Both the position numbers and the translations under genes were made by a program. A stretch of DNA of 64,000 bases from Penicillus capitatus (Eukaryota; Plantae; Chlorophyta): assembly GCA_965649825.1 (NCBI GenBank), contig OZ287706.1:682001-746000 (forward strand). Direction: 5' to 3'. The notes beneath the pieces are model-generated. The model searched no databases. It was not told where the DNA came from and saw only the letters and a list, made by a program, of their open reading frames with translations. Every line of letters begins with the position of its first letter. Within the stretch, counting starts at the first letter, position 1. Below, one piece after another: positions 1 through 16,823 of the stretch.

Positions 1-2900
<2,900 letters not shown>

Positions 2901-3962
2901 ACAGGATAAGAGTTTGCGCCAATCGATCGAGTAATGACGATTCTAAAAAACTCTTCGCCTTTGAAGCGTCGTCGTCGAACTGCGTCCGAACGCGTTGCTT
3001 AGCAGCCTGATAGCGACATCTGACACAGAGCGAGTGATTACTCTGCGAAGGGATCGTTCATTACTTGGCCATATCCGAGTTTCCCTCGTTGAGATGGCGA
3101 GACATGATCATCAAACAGACCAAAGAAACAAGCAAACAGAGTCGCGCTTCGTCCTGCTGATAAATTCAAAGACGCTATAAAGGTACGTCTTCGCCAAACG
3201 ATATCGACGATGTGACAGATGGACGCGTTTCGTAGTATCCCGGATAGAAAGACTCTCTTACAGACAAGGCAACCCGCTGACTCTGTGTGCTTTCTTCGTG
3301 ATCCCCTGACAACGATTGTCAAAACTGCGAAGAGGCAGTTGTCGAGTCAGGAGATCGTGCAGTTGAGGCATCTTTGTGTCATGTAGAGGATGCAAGCGAA
3401 GAAGCAATAGGACTGCGGATCGTCAAGGCGTCCAAGCTAGTTTCTTCTTGCACGTGTGTGCCGATCCTGATCATTCGGTGCTCGATTGATCGATACACAG
3501 CCATCTTTGTGATAGCATCAGCGACACGATCGATGACGTCTTTCGTCATTGGATCATGGACGATCGATTGTTCTTCGGCAGTTCCAGAGCCGCGAGTCGA
3601 TGACATCCACCGGCAGCTGTGGCCGATCCGTGACGAGTCGTCTCTCGAAACTTTGTCAAAAACGAGTATGGCTTGCGAAGAAACGCCGAAGAGCATCTCT
3701 TCGCGCAGAGAGCTTCGATCGACAATAATTTGTTTCTTTAAACGTTTGAAGCACAAGGATGTCGTTGAATGGTTGATGGTGGGAATGGGATGGGTGTCTT
3801 TATTTGAGCGAATGGAAACCTAACAGGACGTAAAGGACCTCACGGCCTCATGGTCCACGAGAATACACATCCCGGCAAAAACGTTCCCTTCTCGGTGAAC
3901 GCAAGAAGTGAAAAGAATGCAATCCGATGTGGCGTCCTTCGTCTGCGTCGACGCGTCGCATT

Positions 3963-4462
3963 TCATTCCAAAACGGCAATGGCATCGATCTCGACCAGGG
4001 CGCCGATGGGCAGCGCCCCTGCCGCAAAGGCACCGCGAGCCGGAGCATCTTCGGGGAAGAAGTCTCCTGAGAGGCACACCGTCAACCTCCGCTGTCTGCG
4101 AGAAGCGGGACGCACGGTAGGCGCCGTCGATGGCCGAGAAATCATCGATGTTGGCCATCATGACGGTCGTCTTGACCACATTGGACATCGTCGCCCCCGC
4201 AGCCTTGAGGACTTGCTGCATATTCGTCAGCGCCTGTCTCGTCTGCTCGACCGCGCTGGTCTCCGACACGAACTTCGGCTGGGGTTGCTGCCGAGCACAG
4301 ACAGACAGACGTTCAACCGCCGTCGCAGCGGAAAGGGAGGCGGCGTACGTTAGGAAGCAGTCCTAGCTGACCCGACACGAACACGAACCCGTTTGCCACG
4401 ACGGCACGGGAATAGGCGCCGAGTGGAGCAGGGGAGTCTGCCTCCTTTATCGCAACACGCAT
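3963..4462 (-). CDS. ridA: RidA/YjgF/UK114 family reactive-intermediate deaminase
   Basis: [79 protein letters not shown]. Two introns. Confidence 0.93.
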
Positions 4463-4600
4463 CTCTGAAACGCAACGAACGTGTCGCCGGAATTTACCAG
4501 AAGTAACATCACCGAACCGGAGCCGCGGTCACCGTCGCTGTCGACTCCGTTGCCGTAGATTCGCCACCGCGACGCCCTCGGAAGTTGCCCGGGAGACGTG

Positions 4601-5382
4601 ATGGAAGAGGACGACGAATTCGAGACCGAGTGCATGGCCCTCGAGGCGATCTTCTGCGACAGCTTTCGTCGAGAAGACGGCAGGAGAATCTGCGTCACTG
4701 TCGAACCGACGACGCCCGAAGGCGAGACACTGCACGGCACGTCCGCCCACCTCGGCTCCTTCTCGTCCAACCCTATCCTGTCCAGAGTGGATCTTCTCGC
4801 TCATACTTGACGCTCCCCAGAAGTGCGACACACGACCCTCTGCACGATGCAGCCGTGGGCGGTGCCTGGGTGTGTAGTTATCCCGAGGAACTGCCCGTCT
4901 TCACCGTTTCTGCCCTGGAGAATATCGTGTACAGCGCCCAGGCGAAGAGAGAACTGGAGAAGTGCTTGGAACAGGAGGCGGCGGCGATGCAGGGAGAGCA
5001 GATGGTGTACAATCTGGTCGAGTGGCTGAAAGAACACCTCATGCACTACGTCGAGCTCTCCAAACAGAAGACCGGCGATCATGCAAGCACCCATCCAACG
5101 ACGAACGATCCAATCGCGCCTGCACCGTGCGTAGGAGGATCCGAGTCCGCCTGGGAAAGCGCCTCCGCGGGAGTCCTCCTCCAGATCCGAACCGAAGAAG
5201 GAGAAGATGACCAAGGCGCAGAAACGGAGGTTCTATTCGAGGTGACCAGCGCAGCAATGACGCCGTTCCGACTGCCGGCTCGTTCTGGATGCTCTAGGTT
5301 TGGAGCAGTGGACGAGAAGCCGCGTGGATGGAATTGGGTCGACATCGTTGCGCATCTGTCTTCTCGGCCACAGACACAGTAG
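4601..5382 (+). CDS. RWDD4: RWD domain-containing protein 4
   Basis: ECMALEAIF, YPEELP, GEQMVYNLVEWLKE, and the family C-terminus KKEKMTKAQKRR..KPRGWNWVDIVAHLS*. The first intron 4737-4785 is GC-AG. Confidence 0.9.
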
Positions 5383-8300
5383 ATAGAACGGTCGTCACTG
5401 TAGCTTACACGTGCCATCTGTCTGTCTCCTATGTTCCCACGTTCGTCTGTATGATGCATCGGAAAGAAAACGCTCGTCGCCTGCTACCCCCATTTCCATC
5501 CCAGACTCAATGTCGTGAGCAGCTTTCGATTTCATTTCTACGTCACCGATGGCTGATCTCAATTCAAGCTGCACAATAATCGCAAGGGCGAATGAAGAAA
5601 GGGTGAATGGATGATACACACGCGTTTGCAGACGTAAGGTTGAGAGGTGTTGCCACAGAGGCAGAGAGACGAGTTTAAGAAACACATGACGGATTCTCTC
5701 ACGCTCTTAGCTCTGGAAACAATGTGTGAGAAAAACCACATAGTTTGTCTTCTCTGATGCTGTGTACTTATCCATTTGAAGTGACAGGATTCCATCAGAA
5801 AGCCCTGCAAACTTCTCCTAGACATGGTACATGACACACAGTAACCTCCAGCGTCCATTTTCACGATAAGACAGCACCTTGTCTTGTTGCGCCGAAGGGC
5901 ATCTGCACAAAAACACATCATTGCCATATACAGACAATGATGAAGAGTCTTACGCTCGCATCTTCTTCAGAAACTGCATTGCCAAATCCCTTGTTTCTTC
6001 TGATCGAAGCCACGTTGGATGGCAGAGGTGAACTGTATCCTGTCGAATGCGAGCAGCGTCTCTACGATCACCGCGCCACAGATGGTACTCCATTCACATT
6101 CTCCTGTATCGATTTCTAAGTTCTTGCGTAAAAGGCACGGAAATGCAGCTCAATTTGGAAAACAGTGTGCTTTCTGTTCCTTCTACTGAACAGAAATTAT
6201 GCCTAAAACCCCTTGGCGAAGTGACAGCCATCTTATCTCTGCCCTTTTCGGTACCCTCAATGGACGGAATCCGTTTTAAGCAAAACCCGTCATCGATGCT
6301 AGAGGTTTTTGCATTCGCTCGACAAGAAGGTCTCATTGAGACATAATAGACGTCACGCATGGCATTCAAAGCCTCCATGATATCTCACATGCGTTTGTAC
6401 AAACACCGTTTCGTTGCACTTTGTCCATAAGTCCAACGACAACAATTCTTGAAGAGAATACGAATCGGCATCTCGCCCGTCTGACCGATTTCGCAGCATA
6501 CAAGTGCTTATCCATTCGGCACCTCGGAATGTGATGCGTCTTCAGTGTCGAGGACGAGAGTCCGAGGCAAGGACAACGACGCTTTCGGCGGTTTCTGTAC
6601 TATCGGCGAGTCCGAATCCGAGGACAACGACTGCTATGTAAGAGAAGTCGCAGAGGACACCAAAGCGCGCTCGGGGTCGACGACGCGTCACAGTCGGAAG
6701 CATGCGCCGCTTCCGAAGTGGACTTGACGGAGAGCCAGACCCTTCGTGCAAAACACAGAATGCATCATGGCATTCTCACTGTCGGAAAACTTACGGCGAC
6801 TCTTGTGCCTCTAAGTGTTCCCGTCTCGGGAAACATTCCGCCGTTTCAAATTCTCTTGCACCTTGTTGATACGCGCAGAAAAGTATCTGTAAATATGAAC
6901 AGGTTACAAAAAGTGTTTTGTTCTTTTGCGCCGCCCCCTTTTATATTGTTTTTATGCGTGTTTCCTCGCTTTACGTCATGATGTGACGTCTTCTGCTGTG
7001 CTCCTCTTCTACCCTTCTTCTTCATGACACTGTGGATGCGAATCCGCCGACGAGGATTCCGCAAACGGCGTTGATGAGTCGATCTATGGTGTCCCATGTT
7101 CGTCCTGCGATGCCGCCAAGAAGAACGTTCGTGGTGTCGCCAAGATTTCCCTGGCGATGTAGATTGCCTTGCTGTTAATGGGTCCTCTGTTTGGAAGGGT
7201 GCTTGTTGTCACCTCAAAGGAGTTTCTGTTGTGTGAAAAGGTCTTCTTTTATGGTTGTGGCAGCGTGGTGCCTCATCTGCCTAGGGACGTCACGTCACCA
7301 CGCAAGTACCTAATGAATGATCTGGACCTTGTATTACCTTGCTCCGAACAACTTGTAAAGGCTTCCGATCAAATCGTTATCGCTGCACGGCCGACCGGCG
7401 ACATGTGGAGACTCGCAACGGGATCCAAAATTCAAATCCCATTCGATATAATGGCTTCGGAAGCTTCAAGATCCATTGCTGTCACATCACGTCAGCTATC
7501 AACTGCCCCGATGCCACACTGCACCGCTCACACATAAACCGCGACATACCTGATTCTTCCCTCATCGACGAGTTCCTGTCGATTTGTTCTTTCATTCAAA
7601 GAACAATTAAATGACACTTAAGGCTCGTGTGGTGTCTTCGATGATGTTTCGTTCTCGTAACGATGCAGATAATAAAGATCGTTAACGTTCATCTCAGCCG
7701 TAAGTATTATCCCCGGCTGGTCTTTCGGGCGCCAGTCGTTCTGCATCTGACCGTAGTAAAGATATTTCGTCGATCTTGCTTCCTTTCAATGGTACGGATT
7801 GATTTCGCATCATTGCTTTTGGGCTATCAAGACCTGTGTGGGCTCCTGCAAACAATACTAAGACGATGACTGATCGTTGCATTTGTAGTCATCGGATCAA
7901 CGGCGTGTTAGTTGCCCTTCCTGATCAGGAGATATTTAGGGAGGGGCTTAAAAGAAGATACTGACTCTCTCTTTTGTAAGAATCTATTTACAAAACGACT
8001 GCGTAATGACAACTTGCACGGGAGACAAGTTTAAGATCCTCGCGGAAATTGATTCGACACCAAACAGTAAACACGGTTTGCATAAGTAGACAAAGGTATA
8101 AGAAAGAGAGTCGTTTTCCGACAGTGACATCATTAAATGGGGAGTCCATGAGAAAGCCGGAGTCTGCGAACGTCGTGTGCGATGATGAATGGCGACATCA
8201 TCTGGGGACGGGACGCTCGCTATCGCATGCGGCCTTTCATATGCACGAGACTTGACCAACCCATGTCTCATGCTATACATGACGACACCGTTCATGTCGT

Positions 8301-8784
8301 GTCGAAAAGGTGTGTCATACAACGAAGCAGTCCATGCGCCGATCAGTCTCGTCGCTGTCACTGGATTGTACGACAAATAACTTGTTGTCGAGAGGTGGTC
8401 AGTCTGCACACCTGCTGAGAGCAACGGACATTGTTACCTGTCCATGCCTTTTGGAACAATATAAGCTGTCCTGTACAAAACAGGCTATCCATACGGGACG
8501 CTGTGTCCACCCCGACCATCACCTCTCTTCGCGGATCCATCGTGAAGCCACCACACCGAGACCTTCTTTACCAATGAAGCAGTATGAACTTCGCAATGAC
8601 GTTGCCGTTATCCAGCTCGTAGCGTATCCGGTGAGGAATACCGCTCTGCGCGTTAAAGCACGGCCAACCGGGCGGTGTCACGGAGCTGAGAACACTAGTC
8701 CCGCGCTCGTCCACGTTTCGACATATATCCGTTCTTGCAGTAGACAAGACGAAGCCGCATTCTCAAGCCTCCGCTGGCAGGCCA

Positions 8785-10269
8785 ATGATTTTGCTGACGC
8801 TGGTCGTGTCCTTCGGCCATGCGGCCCTCTGGCACAATGCGTGCGACTGCTCGGCCAATGGTCTGAGCAACGGCGTCGAAATCCAGTGGCCGAGATGCGC
8901 CTTACGGTCCGAGTCTCCTGCACAGCCAACCTGCTTCGTCCACAATTCGACAAACTGCAAGAAGGCCGTGAACTCGACCGACTATCCTGGAGCTGCTCTC
9001 GTACCGTGTTCCGTCACGGAGGCTCTGTTCACTTCGGCGGAACTGGATGACGTCGATTCGATTGTCCGATTTCGTGAACTCGGAGCTTCGTTGAAGATCA
9101 AAAAACGCATTCCTTATCCTTTCGCCAGATTTCGCTATCGAATTTTGTCGCTTATCGAGTACGCCGTCATCTGGGGCAGCTTTCATGTCATCGAAGACAT
9201 GCTTCTCCATGATGATTTCGATTGCGACTCCAAGGCCTCCCTCCTCGACACACTTTGCCACGTATCCGGCGAGAGACACTGCCAGGAAGACGATGAAAGA
9301 AGGATAGCGATTCATAGCTTCATCCGTCTCATCTTTACACAAACCTGTAGACAGGCAAGCAGCTGGCAAAACGGGCACAGGTCGTGACGGGATTCTTGTA
9401 GAACGGTGTCGGACTTGTGGAGGAAAGGCGACCGGACGGAGGTTTGCTGGAAAGTGTGCGCGGTGGATACGTGTTGGTTTCTATCGGAGTGGACGCGCAT
9501 TGCAATAACCACACCTATTATGCCTCTCTACACACGTCGCTAGACGGTGGATATCGCCATGTCTGCGGCGGCGTGCTCATTTCAAAGGAGGCGGTGTTAA
9601 CGGCCGCGCATTGCGTGGACGGATCGGGCAGTTTCGCCACTCGGTTTCTGACGTTGAATGCGCGCAACGCCGAGGATGACCAATACAACTGTCCTGCCAA
9701 TGCTCCCGAAGTGCCCCTTCCTTTTGGCCGGCCATAAAAGCGAGCCCTCTTTTTCTCAGGTTCGAGTTGCGGCAGGAATCGAGATACATCCGAAATGGTT
9801 GGCAGGCGAAAAGGCCAGAGTTTTGGGCAATGGACACGACTTGGCGGTCATCAAAATCAATAAACCGTCCGAGAAGACGCCGATCGAGATTCAAAAGAAG
9901 ACGCACAGAATAGTAGATGCCTTGAGCTTCGTTGGACTGGGAAGGCAATCCGAGAACAGCGGTTTTGCATCCAACCTTAAGATAGCCAAGATGTCGGTTC
10001 TCAGTAGAGCACACTGCGGGACAGTATACGATACAACTTTCCACAGAAGTATCCTCTGTACGGATGCTGCATCGGAGTTCTGTGGCGGAGACGAAGGAGG
10101 ACCCCTGATCGATACGACATCCAAAGGCAACAAACTCGTGGCTATTGCCCATCTGAAAGATCCGTCCGATATCTGTGGGAATTCGGATTTCCCGGGACTC
10201 TACGCCGATGTGCGACAGTCGAGGAGGTGGATTATGAAGACAGTGAAGAAGTTCTCCGAGGACTTGTGA
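8785..10269 (+). CDS. Secreted trypsin-like (S1) pseudoprotease: signal peptide, Cys-rich module, ankyrin-like segment, protease domain with catalytic Ser replaced by Glu
   Basis: MILLTLVVSFGHAA leader; CDCSANG..C..CFV..C..YPGAALVPC; CGGVLISKEAVLTAAHC; HDLAVIKI; CGGDEGGPL (GAA at 10093-10095); PGLYADV..RRWI. Confidence 0.85.
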
Positions 10270-10609
10270 AGGTCCTTGAGTTCGATTGCATTTTTGATCC
10301 AAGTGTTGTCCGAGGCGCTTTCTCTTAACGTCACATCTCTTCCGTTATTCATGTGCTCGATGCGTTTTCAGTGTTTACAGAGTGCTCTCTATTTGGTTGA
10401 GTGGAGAAGGCTTGTTTCCTAGCAGGCAGAAATTCGCTAACTGACGAGAGATCATTTTTTTGTCGATCACAAGCAAACTTGTAAATCGCCGGATTGGCAA
10501 GTTTTTGGTCAGGAGCCTTTCGAAAAACAACATCGTCGCGTCGATACGTATATGATATCGTCAAATCACACGTTTGAAGCTATAGGGTCACTCTACACCA
10601 GGTAACGAG

Positions 10610-11100
10610 ACGCCGAGAATCATCACCGTTCGATCAAGTGGCGTAGGTTTTGTCCTCCGCTTTGTTGCAAAAATGAAAAACGCACGGCTCAACACGCATC
10701 GCCGCCGCCTCCAAGTGCATCCTGTGGACGGTATCCATATAAGACAGATGGCAATGCGCATCAGAGTCCGTCCCCGCTACTGACCGCCGATGAGGTAACG
10801 GAAACAACGCATAGGAACTCAAAAACCGACTGGCGGAGCTCACTGAAGACGTTAGTGCGATCGATGGACGCATTCTGCTGAAAGAAGGCATCCGTGTTAA
10901 TCCTCCGATCGATCCTGCACTTCGAACAGACCACAAGCAACGTGACGATGCCTAACCTCTCTTCCGTAATCTCCCCTCTGTTAGACAGCGCTGCATTTGA
11001 ATCTCTTCGAAGGCAAAGGGCAGACACCTCTTAAGCAGATGCAGCCATAAAGGAAAGGATATTCGCTGTAACGGATAGCGACGCGTCCGCATCGAAACGG
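10610..11100 (+). pseudogene. Degraded, internally deleted fragment of gene U
   Basis: ARLNTHRRRLQVHP..IR|ELKNRLAELTEDVSAIDGRILLKEG aligns with gene U. It is followed by an early TAA, lacks the middle of U, and has further stops (LNLFEGKGQTPLKQMQP*). Confidence 0.65.
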
Positions 11101-11171
11101 GGTATTCCGAGAAAAGAGAAATTGCAATAAATTGAGCTCCGCCACCACGTCGTACAGAATCCCATGGTTGT

Positions 11172-13041
<1,870 letters not shown>

Positions 13042-13248
13042 CAACAAAAGCCAAGGGTATTGCGATTATCGTGCTACCCCTTCGGTTGCCTCGTGCAACG
13101 AATCCGTTCGCTTCTCCGAAGCCGACGGAAAGGTACTCGAGGGAAGTGGCGTGTCAAAATCCCCGTCATAGTTTGCAAGTCCGTGACCGACAAGTCAGAA
13201 CAAACACGGCCAACCCCGTCAGAATCTATGTCGTCTGTACGACAGACG

Positions 13249-14007
13249 ATGTCGAAGACGCCTTTGTCCTTCGCAGAATGACGACCTTCCAGAGTCCTGT
13301 CCTGCGGTCGACTTTGTCTCACAACGGATACATGATTCCTTCGAGTAGAAGGCATCTCTCGGATACCGGAGATGTTTCCAGACCTTCATACTCTCTCGAG
13401 GTCCTAAGCTCCGCGTGTACAATAAAGATCAGGATCTCTCGCTGACGTCGTCGGAAGTCGAGGTTCGACAGCCGCGAAAATACGTGTTCGTTTCCGACGA
13501 CGACGAGCGACTCTTCGTCGAATTCGATCGGGAGGAGATGGAAAATGACGCCTTCTGCGAGGCCAGTTCTCAACAAGATATCGTCAACGATGTTCTGTGG
13601 CACTGATCTCGGCGCCGCCATTCGATGCCCTGACGCTTCACACCTTCTGCATCGACGCACGTCGGAGGCAAGTTTGTGTGACGTTGGACAAGTACGTCGA
13701 TCCCTACGGGTCGCCATCCCTCGAGGAGATCTCGAGCTTCACCGAGACACTGTCGGAGAGAATGTGTGAGTCCCTCGGCAATGCCGTCGTGGAGAGTCTG
13801 AAGTTCGAAGTCTCCTCCCCGGGTGCCGAGCGCAGAGTCCGTCTACCCTTTGAGATGTCGCGTTTCGATCATCTCCCGATGAAAGTCTGCCATCGGATGG
13901 AAGATGACAAGGTGTTGCGCAAGGCAGATTTCGCAAAGGAAATCTGCATTCCCATTCTGCGTCTGTCCGTTTCTCCTGATGCCGTGTTCAGCACTTCTCT
14001 TCTGTAA
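13249..14007 (+). pseudogene. rimP: RimP pseudogene
   Basis: Aligns to 20736-21722 but has an early frameshift (MSKTPLSFAE*), a roughly 135-nt deletion at about 13605 giving VLWH*, and a roughly 90-nt deletion at about 13910. Confidence 0.9.
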
Positions 14008-14428
14008 GAAATCGTCGATCGAATCGTAACCGCATCGTGATTCCAAAACATCAAATGCCTTTTTGCACTTTTGAAAACGGCACCATCTCTCTTAACAAAT
14101 AGACCGATTCGATGTATATATAGCATTGGGTCAGTCAGTACTGTATATCGCTCGTTGCGACGCACCACTCGTAGCATGCTTATCCATCACACTCACACAG
14201 TAAAGCCACAAGTGGTACGCCCAATTGTACATAGATTAATTAATCAGGGACCTAACACATCTAGTCCCATCGCACCAGATCATTCACTATTTAGTGTGCC
14301 TCACGAGAAAAACGTCCTTTAGTCGCTTACAACAGCAAAACCAAGTACTCAACATCATTATTCGATCGTCATAACAAGCAAGTCTCTTCGATCCGGGGTT
14401 TGTCAACAGGTAACGTTCACTCGCTCTA

Positions 14429-14842
14429 TCAACTCGTCGCCGAAATTGGAGCCAGAGGCTTGAACAGGTATCCAGTCATGTGCCCACGTCGCCCAAAAGT
14501 CTGACGGGGCACGAGGCGGTCCGTCGTCGTTCTCTTAAAAGTGTGCAGGTTCTTCAATGTCTTCTGCGGTTCCAGTGAATGTGACCGCAACGCAGTTTCG
14601 TCCGAAAAGCTACGTCGTGCAATGCCAATCAGTCTGTCCTCTTCCGTGTTTCGTTTTTTGAACGAGACGGTCGGATTGAGGGAGGCTCGGAATCTCTTGA
14701 CGGCCGTGACGACATACACCACGACGCTGAAACTGCGAGACAAAGGAGGCGGTGCTGCGGCTGGCTCTTCACTTGTTGAAGCTGGCGCTCTGCTCTGAGA
14801 AGCAGATGTGGTGCTGCTTGACCGAAAAAGGCGAAGGCACAT
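14429..14842 (-). CDS. Uncharacterised intronless protein orfX1 (about 137 aa)
   Basis: Intact ORF paralogous to 22015-22443, with conserved blocks RSFSVV.YVVTAVK.F.ASLNPTV.F.KRN and FKRT...RLVPR.T..RRGHMTGYL..PL. Confidence 0.75.
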   Translation of the reverse strand: MCLRLFRSSSTTSASQSRAPASTSEEPAAAPPPLSRSFSVVVYVVTAVKRFRASLNPTVSFKKRNTEEDRLIGIARRSFSDETALRSHSLEPQKTLKNLHTFKRTTTDRLVPRQTFGRRGHMTGYLFKPLAPISATS

Positions 14843-15583
14843 AGCGGCAAGGGTACACGGACTCGGGAATTCAAATGGAACCGTCAAAACGTTCAGTGGT
14901 TCGGCTGGCGAATATCGGACGCGCTGAATGGTGCATGTGCTCCGCCTTATATGGTTAAATGACGCGCGAGATCGGTCGCATCAATGCAGCTTCCAATACT
15001 CGGCTGGAAGGTCCGTGCTCTACCACGTGTCGATCGAGCCGACGTTTCAGACGGGAACGGACGTTGCTGTAGTAGATGGAACGCGCGAAAGATCAAAGAA
15101 GACGATAATGTTCGTTGGCCGTCACGCCACGAGGTTACTCTTCGCGACGTGCCTGCATGGTGACAGTGACGTCTGCGCTTATCTCGGTTCGAAGAGGTGA
15201 GATACGATGACGTGAAAGGAAGAGAAACGTTCAGAATGCATTCATCGAACAGAGCTCAGCACTGAGAGATGCATATCCTGCAGCACCGAAGAGCAAAAAC
15301 GATCTCATCCTACCAGTCCCGACAACAGACACACATGCAGCAGACCACCTGTCCATTTGGAAAAGGTCTGAGCGCTCGAAGCACATTGTATCCTCGACGT
15401 GGTCGTTCAGACGGGTAGATCATATATAGCGTCCCACGACTCCTTTACCATGATGTCCGTTATTTCGTACATAGCTAACGGATCCGTTCAACCATCTCCC
15501 CAATGGTTTTGTAAAGAAAAAAGGTTCATGATGCAATCAATGCATTTCACCGTTTTCACGGTATCATTTCATAATAACTAGAC

Positions 15584-16823
15584 TTAGCATAAGCAGCGAT
15601 CGCCCACGGCAAGGTTGACAGAACTGCGATAGGTTTTCTCGACGACTTTGATGACGAGACCGTGCGGAATATGGGAGTGACGAAGCGGCGTTGCCTTGCA
15701 CCTAGAGGGACAGCGACATGGAACAGTGTTGTGGCGGCGAAGATCGTCTTACCCGACACGGCATGTGCATGCGCTTCTCCCAATTCCAGATCGACAGCAG
15801 GCTTTGAATTCGCTGGGACACTTTGGTAGTGGCGGCTCGACCACCAACGACGGTGCGGGCACCTCTTCTGTGGAGCCTTCGCTCTCCGTGCCGCCCTTGA
15901 CGTCGACTGAAGAATACCGAAATCAGAAACAGAGTCCATAAGCGTTCGACAGACGTACCCTTGCCAACGACGTCGGCGAGAGTGCTTCCATCCGAATAGC
16001 TAGCCTCGAGAACGCCAGACGAGACGTCCAGAACGATCTTGGCCACGGGAAGGTTTGCCGCTACGGCTGCGTAAGCGGCACCGAAAACGATGGAGTATGG
16101 CTCGACAATCGCTTCTCCAAACGAACTTGCGACGACCTTCGCATCGAAGATACCTTCGCCACAGGATTCGGCCTCTGCCTTCGCAAATGCCTTCGCCGTG
16201 GCTGCCGCGATAGCGTCGGCTGCACCTCTGGCGCTGGCGAAAGCAATCTTATTAGACGCCCTGGCCAGCACCTAAACAGAACGGCATTCACTGCGGCCCG
16301 TCAATGGACGTGTAGAAGACACACATCGATGACAACGCGGGCAAAGGCAGTGGCTGTAGCGGAAGCGTCGGAGAAGGCACTGCCGCATCCTTTTCCGTTT
16401 TTCGACGTCGACGCAAGTTTGACGATGACGTCGGCGTATGCCTCGGCAATCGCAAAGCCGTAGGCCGATGCGCACGTCTCGGCAAGCGCCATAGCGTCTT
16501 CTCCTTTTTCGACGCTGGAGATGGCATCGTTCACAACATGGATGATGGAATTGGCGACTTCTCTCGTCGCTTCTCCCGTCGACACGACGTGAACCTCAAC
16601 CCTCCCAGTGCCTTCGACAAATGCAGAAGCGCAGGCGTGTGCCGCAATCTTCGTTCCTTCGGTTCCGGATAGCTTCAGTTTCGTCGAAGCCTTCGAACTG
16701 GAATGGAGCACCTCTCGCGTCTAGAAACGCGCATGAGAGGATTCGTATCCGACAAGGGAACCGTACCGCCAAAGCCTCGGCAAGGAGGAGAGCGCAGAGA
16801 ACTGCTGTCCATTTGGATATCAT
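15584..16823 (-). CDS. Secreted Ala-rich protein with Pro linker and C-terminal Cys-rich module; about 4 introns
   Basis: Leader MISKWTAVLCALLLAEALA; AHACASAF, CASAYGFAIAEAYA, DASATATAFA, AAATAKAFAKAEAESC; spliced tail PPLPKCPSEFKACCRSGIGRSACTCRVGCKATP..GDRCLC* ending at TAA 15586-15584. Confidence 0.8.
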
